DNA from: a virus
Taxonomy: Duplodnaviria; Caudoviricetes
Length of the DNA: 62,424 bases
IMG/VR virus record: IMGVR_UViG_3300030104_000782
Location: 1 to 62,424 of that record
Strand: one strand, 5' to 3'
Positions within the stretch are counted from its first letter, which is position 1; the number at the start of each line of letters is the position of its first letter. Position numbers and translations under genes: made by a program. Below, piece after piece: positions 9,649 through 16,133 of this stretch. Below the pieces are notes generated by a model. That model saw only the letters and a list, made by a program, of their open reading frames with translations. It did no database searches and was not told where the DNA came from.

Positions 9649-9801
9649 GCCAATAACCTACCAATAGGTCAAGCCAATACGCTGTATCCTCTTCTACAAG
9701 AGGCATTTAGCAACATCCTATTACCCTATTGGCTGTTTCGATGTTTTTGACTAACTGAAAAAGAAAAATCCATTCCTCATATATAAGGCAATAACCCAAT
9801 A
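9649..9801 (+). repeat. CAATA-box element copy 1 (inverted homologue at 30079-30230)
   Basis: Shares TATTGGCTGTTTC, AAATCC, AAGGC-n-ATA-n-CCAATA and box spacing with the reverse complement of 30079-30230. Confidence 0.75.
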
Positions 9802-9803
9802 TG

Positions 9804-9828
9804 AAAATGGCTCCCGAAGGAGCCATTT
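9804..9828 (-). terminator. Repeated early-cassette terminator, copy 1
   Basis: AAATGGCTCC-TTCG-GGAGCCATTT hairpin, short U-tract. Confidence 0.8.
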
Positions 9829-9843
9829 AACAAAAGTTATTAA

Positions 9844-10080
9844 TTAGAGACAGAGGATATAAGTACCACTGTCTTCAGCAGTTAGATGCTCAGTTTCGCA
9901 AAGCGAACCGACAGTACCTTCGGCAGATTTAGTAGACCAGCCATTATTAACTAAAGCATCAACTAGCCAAGTAATATAGACTCTGTCCCAACCTTCTTCA
10001 GCCCAGTCGGAGTGTGTAATAATAACATCGTCAAAGATATTCATCGCTTTTTGTTGGTTAGCAGTTAATTGATTTTTCAT
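9844..10080 (-). CDS. Early hypothetical protein
   Basis: Start reassigned to ATG 10080 after AAAGGAGAAAATT SD; has own promoter and terminator. Confidence 0.7.
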   Translation of the reverse strand: MKNQLTANQQKAMNIFDDVIITHSDWAEEGWDRVYITWLVDALVNNGWSTKSAEGTVGSLCETEHLTAEDSGTYILCL

Positions 10081-10122
10081 AATTTTCTCCTTTCTTGTTG
10101 TTAATAAATAATCAATACAGTT

Positions 10123-10156
10123 ATGATGCACTATTCGGCAATAAAAGTAAAGGACT
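10123..10156 (-). promoter_or_regulatory. Repeated sigma70-like early promoter
   Basis: AGTCCTTTACT (-35 TTTACT), 17 bp, CATCAT. Confidence 0.75.
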
Positions 10157-10178
10157 TTATTAAATTATTTTTGCCCAT

Positions 10179-10206
10179 AAAAAAATGGCTCCCGAAGGAG
10201 CCATTT
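10179..10206 (-). terminator. Repeated early-cassette terminator, copy 2
   Basis: Same hairpin plus U-tract. Confidence 0.85.
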
Positions 10207-10222
10207 ATTAAGAGGTTAGTTG

Positions 10223-10627
10223 TTAATCGTTATATACTTCTTTTTTGTTTTCCCTATAAAACTCTATTCTGTAATCTTTTAGTTCTTCTGCTGTAGCAGG
10301 GAACAACCAGCCACCAGTTAAAAGTTCACGAGTAGCCATAGGTAAAGAAGTAACCATCCTAAAATTAACATCATAAAGTTCCTTGTCGGTGTAACCAGTA
10401 ACATCACCGAGAAGTAAATAGTTAGACTGCGTGTTGTAGTGGTATTGGTTCTTAGAACCAGGAGTGAAAGACTCGTAGCCACTGCCAATCCACAGTTTGT
10501 TGTCGTAAATATAGAGAACATGCCTGTTACCATACATGCCTGCGTCTACTGCTGCTACAGTTTTGATACCAAGTTCCTCTAGTCTAGAGTCGTAAATACT
10601 GTTAGTTTTTATTGATACATGTTTCAT
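10223..10627 (-). CDS. Early hypothetical protein
   Basis: 134 aa with AAAGGAGAAAATTATG initiation signal. Confidence 0.75.
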   Translation of the reverse strand: MKHVSIKTNSIYDSRLEELGIKTVAAVDAGMYGNRHVLYIYDNKLWIGSGYESFTPGSKNQYHYNTQSNYLLLGDVTGYTDKELYDVNFRMVTSLPMATRELLTGGWLFPATAEELKDYRIEFYRENKKEVYND

Positions 10628-10646
10628 AATTTTCTCCTTTTAGTTG

Positions 10647-10886
10647 TTATTCGTAATAAGCTACAAACTCAGCGACAATCTTCTTAGGAAGCTGTGTAAA
10701 TAAGCACTCTATGTCGTTGAACTTTTTGGTAATACCTGTAGCATTATCTAGCAAAAAGTATTTAGCGACAGTAGATTGGTCGTCGGATATTGTAAACTCG
10801 TTATTAGCTGTATCGATAGATTCACCTTCGGCAGTATTATGCCAGAATACTTCTATAGCTAGTTCGATTAATTGATCTTTTGTCAT
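10647..10886 (-). CDS. Early hypothetical protein
   Basis: 79 aa, same SD block. Confidence 0.75.
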   Translation of the reverse strand: MTKDQLIELAIEVFWHNTAEGESIDTANNEFTISDDQSTVAKYFLLDNATGITKKFNDIECLFTQLPKKIVAEFVAYYE

Positions 10887-10918
10887 AATTTTCTCCTTTC
10901 TTAATAATCAATACAACT

Positions 10919-10952
10919 ATGATGCACTATTCTAGAGTAAAAGTAAAGGACT
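10919..10952 (-). promoter_or_regulatory. Repeated early promoter
   Basis: TTTACT, 17 bp, CATCAT. Confidence 0.75.
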
Positions 10953-10962
10953 TTTTTAAAAT

Positions 10963-10990
10963 AAAAAAATGGCTCCCGAAGGAGCCATTT
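10963..10990 (-). terminator. Repeated early-cassette terminator, copy 3
   Basis: Same hairpin plus U-tract. Confidence 0.85.
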
Positions 10991-11006
10991 AGCAAGAGGC
11001 AACAGA

Positions 11007-11390
11007 CTATCTGTTAACAGTCACAGTAACAAAGCCATATTCCTCGCAGTAGTTAGTGCCGATGCTAATACCAGTACCAAGCCTGCAAGAAGTATCGTCG
11101 TCGCCAACGTCTCTGTACCTTTGCATTTTAAGACCAGAAAAATGATCAGCATCCTCGCAAAAGCCAAGAAACTGTTTCCAAGTTAATCTAAGCACAGGAC
11201 CAAGACTGCTAAACTCTTTACCACCATAAGTGTCGCCATGTTCTACGGAAACATCGACGCGTTCTACATACGTGACAGGAGTGTAATAATCGATGTGGAC
11301 TTTCAAGCCAGACTTTCTTTTAAGGTTAGTAACATGAGCAATAGCTTCAGCGCCAGTCATTACCATTATTTCGTTTTTGTTATTTTCCAT
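11007..11390 (-). CDS. Early hypothetical protein
   Basis: 127 aa, same SD block. Confidence 0.75.
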   Translation of the reverse strand: MENNKNEIMVMTGAEAIAHVTNLKRKSGLKVHIDYYTPVTYVERVDVSVEHGDTYGGKEFSSLGPVLRLTWKQFLGFCEDADHFSGLKMQRYRDVGDDDTSCRLGTGISIGTNYCEEYGFVTVTVNR

Positions 11391-11425
11391 AATTTTCTCC
11401 TTTCTTTTTAATTAATAACAACATA

Positions 11426-11458
11426 ATGATGCCTGAGTCTACATAAAAGTAAAGGACT
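11426..11458 (-). promoter_or_regulatory. Repeated early promoter
   Basis: TTTACT, 16 bp, CATCAT. Confidence 0.7.
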
Positions 11459-11468
11459 TTTTTAAAAT

Positions 11469-11495
11469 AAAAAAATGACTCCCGAAGGAGCCATT
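11469..11495 (-). terminator. Repeated early-cassette terminator, copy 4
   Basis: One substitution gives a G-U wobble on the minus strand, keeping the stem. Confidence 0.8.
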
Positions 11496-11512
11496 TAACA
11501 AGAGCCAAGATA

Positions 11513-11851
11513 TTACCCGAGCCACCCCACTATTTCGCCATCTTCGAAAAACTTGACTCTTTCTTTTATGTCATCGACAGTTAGCTGGGAGCCGACAGAC
11601 TCGCCTTCATAATTAAGACCCAATACTAGACCTTTACCAGCAAAACTACGAGGAGGATCGCCAAGGATTCTGAAGAAATCACTATTATTCTTCAGTAAAC
11701 CTTCTTCGTCGATAAATAGTGTGTGTTCCTCGTCTATTTCAGCACATTCAAAAAGATCGAAGTCACACAGTTTATATATCTGCTTGTAGTCACCACTATA
11801 GTCTACTTCGGTTACCGATCTAGCAGTAGGATCGATAAGAATGCCCCTCAC
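11513..11851 (-). CDS. DUF3846-like protein
   Basis: LFIDEEGLL..FAGKGLVLG..GES motif. Confidence 0.65.
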   Translation of the reverse strand: MRGILIDPTARSVTEVDYSGDYKQIYKLCDFDLFECAEIDEEHTLFIDEEGLLKNNSDFFRILGDPPRSFAGKGLVLGLNYEGESVGSQLTVDDIKERVKFFEDGEIVGWLG

Positions 11852-12207
11852 GAGGCACTCCTAATTTCGACATAACCCCATTTACGCAAGTAATTAAGGT
11901 TATCTTCGCATAAGCCAAGTTCCTTTTTAACTATGCGAACAGGACGACCTTTATCGCCGATGCCGTGAACCATTTCCTTAATGTTCTGCGAACGAGGCAC
12001 ACAGGCACCCATGCGAAACTGCTCGGACTGTATGACAATATCGGTGGGCGATATACCATAGTCTCGTGTTTCGCGACTTTTTGGGGTCTTACGTTTTACA
12101 TGCTCAGAAAGTAAAGCTAGTGCCTCTTCGGCAGTAGGATTACCATCGACAGCTTTTCTGAGCGTTTTGAAAACAGTCGACAGGTTTTTGTTATATGGAT
12201 TTGTCAT
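11848..12207 (-). CDS. Hypothetical protein
   Basis: 119 aa, coupled overlaps. Confidence 0.65.
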   Translation of the reverse strand: MTNPYNKNLSTVFKTLRKAVDGNPTAEEALALLSEHVKRKTPKSRETRDYGISPTDIVIQSEQFRMGACVPRSQNIKEMVHGIGDKGRPVRIVKKELGLCEDNLNYLRKWGYVEIRSAS

Positions 12208-12428
12208 TAATATTCTCCTTTCTTATTCCATAATTTAGAATATGCTCTTTCAAGCATATATAGACGATCTAGCTTAGATTCTAAAGCATAGAACATCGAT
12301 ATAGCACCCGAAAGTAGCACGCCAATCATACCGAGAAACTCGGATTCTCTACCATAGTTGCCGTCGGCGAGTAGCATAGCTAACAGTACACCGAGGAACA
12401 GGGTTATTATAGTTTTGGTTATATTCAT
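12207..12428 (-). CDS. Small membrane protein
   Basis: Two hydrophobic segments; SD AAAGGAG. Confidence 0.65.
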   Translation of the reverse strand: MNITKTIITLFLGVLLAMLLADGNYGRESEFLGMIGVLLSGAISMFYALESKLDRLYMLERAYSKLWNKKGEY

Positions 12429-12452
12429 ATTTTTCTCCTTTCTAATAATATG

Positions 12453-12485
12453 ATGATAATAGATTCTACAAAAAAGTAAAGGACT
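12453..12485 (-). promoter_or_regulatory. Repeated early promoter
   Basis: TTTACT, 16 bp, TATCAT. Confidence 0.7.
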
Positions 12486-12945
12486 ATAGCTCTAGCTCGG
12501 CAGCTATATCGTCTAGTTCGTCGAATCTTTCTAAGTAGTCGTGATCCCACAACAATTTTTTCCATAGAGTTATGTCGTATTTAGTATCAAGAACAATAAG
12601 TTCAAGAATACCCTGTATCTGATACTGACGGAGACTATCGGAATGATAATCTTGTAGTAGTTCTTGTATGATCGCATCGTGTAAAGGTTGCAAATCTAAC
12701 TCCTTATCTACGGTACATTGACTAGCATACTCTAAGAGTGTTGCATACTGAGTTATGTAGAATACCTTGTCACTAAGACGTAATGCTGGGTCTTGAGTGC
12801 TGTGTAGATCTTCCTCATACTTAGCTGTGTGAGCAGACAAAGTGTGAGTAAAGAACAACAAACATTGGTTAGCGTCAAGATCTTGAACGCGATCGAATAT
12901 TTGTCTAATGAATATAGGTTTATTAGGTTCCCATTGTTTTCTCAT
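12484..12945 (-). CDS. Early hypothetical protein
   Basis: Start reassigned to ATG 12945 after AAAGGAG. Confidence 0.7.
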   Translation of the reverse strand: MRKQWEPNKPIFIRQIFDRVQDLDANQCLLFFTHTLSAHTAKYEEDLHSTQDPALRLSDKVFYITQYATLLEYASQCTVDKELDLQPLHDAIIQELLQDYHSDSLRQYQIQGILELIVLDTKYDITLWKKLLWDHDYLERFDELDDIAAELEL

Positions 12946-12978
12946 ATTTTTTCTCCTTTCTTCTAAAACAATAACACT

Positions 12979-13011
12979 ATGATGCATGATTGTACAACAA
13001 AGTAAAGGACT
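12979..13011 (-). promoter_or_regulatory. Repeated early promoter
   Basis: TTTACT, 16 bp, CATCAT. Confidence 0.7.
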
Positions 13012-13044
13012 TTTTTAAAGTTTTTAAACCTTTATAATTGTAAC

Positions 13045-13731
13045 ATGATCGATCTTTCTAAGATCTTTAATTATTCGCCAGATAACATAGCACCAGAGTT
13101 ATTAGAAGCAACAAAAGATTATGTTCTTGTTCCAGAAGATTCGTTTATGCCAACCGATGAGGTTCGTGAAAAAATTTTAGATTTCGTAGAGGAACCAGCA
13201 ACCGACATAATCAGTTTCCCATTTTTAACACCAAAATATTGCCGACAGCTTGTAGATACCTGCGAAGAGATAGGACAATTTAGGCATCGTCCTGGTGACG
13301 AATATCCTGCACCAGAGATTGACCTAAAAGATTTATCACCTTATGCCAATACAGCACACATACAAAAAATAGAGAAACACATAGTCCCTATAGCTGCATC
13401 ATTCTGGAATTTTCCTGTTATATGGTTGTCTTCTGCCTTCGTGGTGAAACACAGTATGGATGGACAGATTGGCAATCCAGGATGGCATCATGACGGATTA
13501 GCTGATGTAAGTTTATCGGTGCAATTAAACGATGATTTCGATGATGGTGGTGTGTATTTCGAAAGGCAAAAGTTTGCTGCTGGTCCATTACCAGTGGGTC
13601 ATGCAATATTGTTCCCTTCTCGTGTGACACATAGGCACACAGCTTTGAACATTACAAGAGGCAAACGATACTCACTCACATACTGGATGAAAGGAGATAT
13701 TCCAGAAGATTATTCTGCTAGGACTGTTTAA
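13045..13731 (+). CDS. 2OG-Fe(II) oxygenase, lysyl-hydroxylase (PLOD)-like domain
   Basis: HHD..H iron triad, GG.F, FPSRVTHRH and GKRYSL motifs. Confidence 0.85.
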   Translation: MIDLSKIFNYSPDNIAPELLEATKDYVLVPEDSFMPTDEVREKILDFVEEPATDIISFPFLTPKYCRQLVDTCEEIGQFRHRPGDEYPAPEIDLKDLSPYANTAHIQKIEKHIVPIAASFWNFPVIWLSSAFVVKHSMDGQIGNPGWHHDGLADVSLSVQLNDDFDDGGVYFERQKFAAGPLPVGHAILFPSRVTHRHTALNITRGKRYSLTYWMKGDIPEDYSARTV

Positions 13732-13928
13732 ATATAGATAATTTCGAATCGTATTTCCTGCACCGTATCTAACCAGAAAAATACAACATAAATAAACAGA
13801 GAAAACACAGCTAAACCAACTACAGAGTTAATTACTGTTTTCCATCTATATTTAACTAAGTCGATAACTTTGCTTATGAAGTTAAAAACTTTCTCTCGTT
13901 TCTGTATTTCTTTCTTTTTTCTTGGCAT
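13728..13928 (-). CDS. Small membrane protein
   Basis: Basic N-terminus and one TM helix. Confidence 0.55.
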   Translation of the reverse strand: MPRKKKEIQKREKVFNFISKVIDLVKYRWKTVINSVVGLAVFSLFIYVVFFWLDTVQEIRFEIIYI

Positions 13929-13946
13929 TATTTTTCCTATCTATTA

Positions 13947-14054
13947 CTAAACTATTCTAAAAAACAAAAGAAATGCAAAGAACACTACATAGATTATCAA
14001 TATACTTAGCCAAAACATTTCTTTTTTTAGTTCTTTTTCAAATATCTTTTTCAC
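13947..14054 (-). CDS. Predicted 35-aa membrane micropeptide
   Basis: GTG start overlapping upstream stop; KKIFEKELKKEMFWLSILIIYVVFFAFLLFFRIV; below ORF-track cutoff. Confidence 0.45.
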   Translation of the reverse strand: MKKIFEKELKKEMFWLSILIIYVVFFAFLLFFRIV

Positions 14055-14320
14055 TATCTTTCCTCTAACCAACCTTTATCAGTAAACTCTAAATATTTTT
14101 GGTCTATGAGCATCGGTTCTTCTGGTAGATCAACGATTTCATAAGTTTTATTTTCTTCTATAGTGCCATCAATAAGTCTTGGTGGGTTTACGAGTAGCTG
14201 ATAATCTGCTTGTGCTACAGCTTCTTTTAGAGATTTAGCAGTAACACTACAGTATTTAACTTGTGTAGATGTAACTCTAAGATTGTATGTTTTCATAGCG
14301 TCTTTTTCTTGCTTCAGCAC
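14054..14320 (-). CDS. Hypothetical protein
   Basis: 88 aa; SD before GTG start (ATG 14296 is an alternative). Confidence 0.6.
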   Translation of the reverse strand: MLKQEKDAMKTYNLRVTSTQVKYCSVTAKSLKEAVAQADYQLLVNPPRLIDGTIEENKTYEIVDLPEEPMLIDQKYLEFTDKGWLEER

Positions 14321-14423
14321 CTTTTCTCCTTCTATTTAACAGTTTCCAACCTCGTTTTTTAATTTTTCTTGTGACTAAACCTTGAGTTTCCTCAGGGCAA
14401 CTTTTTTGCCATTTATCTTGCAT
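14277..14423 (-). CDS. Predicted 48-aa basic peptide
   Basis: MQDKWQKSCPEETQGLVTRKIKKRGWK...; fills the gap after dut. Confidence 0.35.
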   Translation of the reverse strand: MQDKWQKSCPEETQGLVTRKIKKRGWKLLNRRRKGAEARKRRYENIQS

Positions 14424-14440
14424 GTTTTTTAAATCCATAT

Positions 14441-14884
14441 TTATTTTCCCGTACTACCGAAACCACCCATGCTTCGTTTTGTTATACCACTAAATTCTAA
14501 CACAGGAGTCCACATTACATTAATTATAGGTAAGATAACTAATTGTGCTATGCGATCACCTTTTCCTACATAATACTCTTTTTCGGAATTGTTAACAAGA
14601 TTCACAATTAATGAACCTTGATAATCAGCATCGATTATGCCGAGTGTGTTTTTAAGCGATATTCCTCTACTAGCTAATCCTGAGCGTGGGCAAATTAAAC
14701 CACATATTTCTGTATCACCTAAATATATGGCTAGACCTATGTCAAATTTATGCGACTCGTTGGGGAGTAGTTCTTTATCTTCTAACGAAACTAAGTCTAA
14801 CCCTGCTGAGCCGACAGTGGCATATTCTGGTGGGGATGGGTATGTTCCGTTTGTATGTGTTACTTTTAATTCTATTTTCTTCAT
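14441..14884 (-). CDS. dut: Trimeric dUTPase
   Basis: Motifs SAGLDL, PRSG, GIIDADYQG, GDRIAQL and R..GGFGSTG. Confidence 0.95.
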   Translation of the reverse strand: MKKIELKVTHTNGTYPSPPEYATVGSAGLDLVSLEDKELLPNESHKFDIGLAIYLGDTEICGLICPRSGLASRGISLKNTLGIIDADYQGSLIVNLVNNSEKEYYVGKGDRIAQLVILPIINVMWTPVLEFSGITKRSMGGFGSTGK

Positions 14885-15001
14885 TTATCTGTCCTTTATT
14901 TTTTTCCACACGTAATCTATCAATATTGCCCAAGTTGCGATTATAACAAACCATTGTAACAAGAACCATGGTAGTTGTATAAGAAATATTAAATTATCCA
15001 T
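14885..15001 (-). CDS. Predicted 38-aa membrane micropeptide
   Basis: MDNLIFLIQLPWFLLQWFVIIATWAILIDYVWKKIKDR; TAATG overlap upstream, abuts dut start. Confidence 0.5.
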   Translation of the reverse strand: MDNLIFLIQLPWFLLQWFVIIATWAILIDYVWKKIKDR

Positions 15002-15258
15002 TATGTTTTGTACTTGTTTTTAAATTCTTTATATTTATCAGTATTGGCACCACGCATGTTAGGTACATTGTCGGGAGTCGTGTCGGCAATCTCAAGTAGC
15101 TGAGCACCGCCACGATAACTAACAAAACCAATGTACATATTGTCAGCATCTTTTAGTAACCAGCCACCCATACGAGCGGAAGAGTTTTTCTCGCAAGGCA
15201 CACGAGTGTAGTGAGGATATTCGGTTCTTAGTTGTTGTACTATTTCGTTGAATGTCAT
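15001..15258 (-). CDS. Hypothetical protein
   Basis: 85 aa with SD and own promoter. Confidence 0.65.
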   Translation of the reverse strand: MTFNEIVQQLRTEYPHYTRVPCEKNSSARMGGWLLKDADNMYIGFVSYRGGAQLLEIADTTPDNVPNMRGANTDKYKEFKNKYKT

Positions 15259-15281
15259 AATATTTCTCCTTTCTTACCTTT

Positions 15282-15314
15282 ATCATGCCTGACTGTACAG
15301 AGAAGTAAAGGACT
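15282..15314 (-). promoter_or_regulatory. Repeated early promoter
   Basis: AGTCCTTTACT, 16 bp, CATGAT. Confidence 0.65.
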
Positions 15315-15318
15315 AGGT

Positions 15319-15446
15319 TGCTCTCGGTGGTAAATTAGCTCTGTCATTATGAAACCTGTTAAGTCGAGCATCACACACATTTACCTAGAGAATCGGCACC
15401 CAAGAGCACGTACCCATAGGAGACTTAACAGTCTAAAAATCTTTAC
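15319..15446 (-). ncRNA. Candidate pseudoknotted small RNA
   Basis: Own promoter at 15453-15485; interleaved helices 15356-65/15422-31, 15329-35/15379-85 and 15319-29/15397-408. Confidence 0.5.
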
Positions 15447-15450
15447 CCAG

Positions 15451-15849
15451 TCATGATATATCATTTAACAACAGAGTAAAGGACTTTTTTAATAAATCCC
15501 AGTCATAAGGTTTTTTAAGTGCTAGTGCTGGTCCGAGTCGTAACCCTTTATCGGCAACCTCACGAGCATTAGCACCATAGTACAAGTATATTTGTGCGTC
15601 AGGAGTTCTAACTAATATAAAACAACGACCACCATGTAAAGAGCGTTTTATCAACCACCCTACTTGCTCTGGTCGCAGTCCTATCTTTTTTCCTGCGTTT
15701 ACAACCTTTAATTCTACCCAATACTCAACACCATCGTCGCATGCGTTAAAATCTGGGATCCCACGCCCAGTACTTCCCGTCTCGATTCGCTGTACGTGCA
15801 CGTTATTGAGGTTTTTATTGACTAAACCCCAAAAAGCATTCTCTTTCAC
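15451..15849 (-). CDS. PD-(D/E)XK nuclease, Holliday-junction resolvase/VRR-NUC-like
   Basis: RIE..GIPD..WVELK..RPEQ..W motifs. Confidence 0.8.
   Translation of the reverse strand: MKENAFWGLVNKNLNNVHVQRIETGSTGRGIPDFNACDDGVEYWVELKVVNAGKKIGLRPEQVGWLIKRSLHGGRCFILVRTPDAQIYLYYGANAREVADKGLRLGPALALKKPYDWDLLKKSFTLLLNDIS
15453..15485 (-). promoter_or_regulatory. Repeated promoter inside the 3' end of the resolvase gene
   Basis: AGTCCTTTACT, 16 bp, TATCAT. Confidence 0.65.
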
Positions 15850-16133
15850 AATGTCTCAAGAACTTTTTTGTTTATACTTTTTACACCTTTATCCTTTAGC
15901 CAGTTATCAAAATTAGCTGGGTCTTGCTCTTTCTTATCAGCTTCTAGTTTATGTGCTTTATAGTAATCACCCTCACCTATCTTACATCTACGAACTATTT
16001 GGTGTATGCGTTGTTTTGACACACCAAACTGTTCACCGATACTCTCTAGTGTTTCACCTTTTTTGTACAGATTGTATATATGTTGATATTTATCTAAGTA
16101 ATCTTGTGCAGATTTCTCATCTATTCCTTGCAT
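15846..16133 (-). CDS. Sigma70 region-4-like HTH DNA-binding protein
   Basis: TLESIGEQFGVSKQRIHQI. Confidence 0.75.
   Translation of the reverse strand: MQGIDEKSAQDYLDKYQHIYNLYKKGETLESIGEQFGVSKQRIHQIVRRCKIGEGDYYKAHKLEADKKEQDPANFDNWLKDKGVKSINKKVLETL

Noticed and set aside
9804-11495. CRISPR array made of the repeated hairpin
   Set aside because: Intervals are hundreds of bp and contain genes; the repeats are terminators with U-tracts
10081-12987. Shared MHH N-termini of ORFs 9844-10131 and 12484-12987
   Set aside because: Artefact of reading through the repeated promoter -10 box; SD-supported starts are 10080 and 12945
13045-13731. TET/JBP thymine hydroxylase as the source of hmU
   Set aside because: Motifs match PLOD/P4H-type oxygenases; the gene is outside the operon, which already has a TS-fold hydroxymethylase
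15319-15431. HDV-like ribozyme
   Set aside because: Helix order and a GCUAA segment are suggestive, but P3 has a mismatch and the CC/GG P1.1 pairing is absent; kept only as an unknown structured RNA
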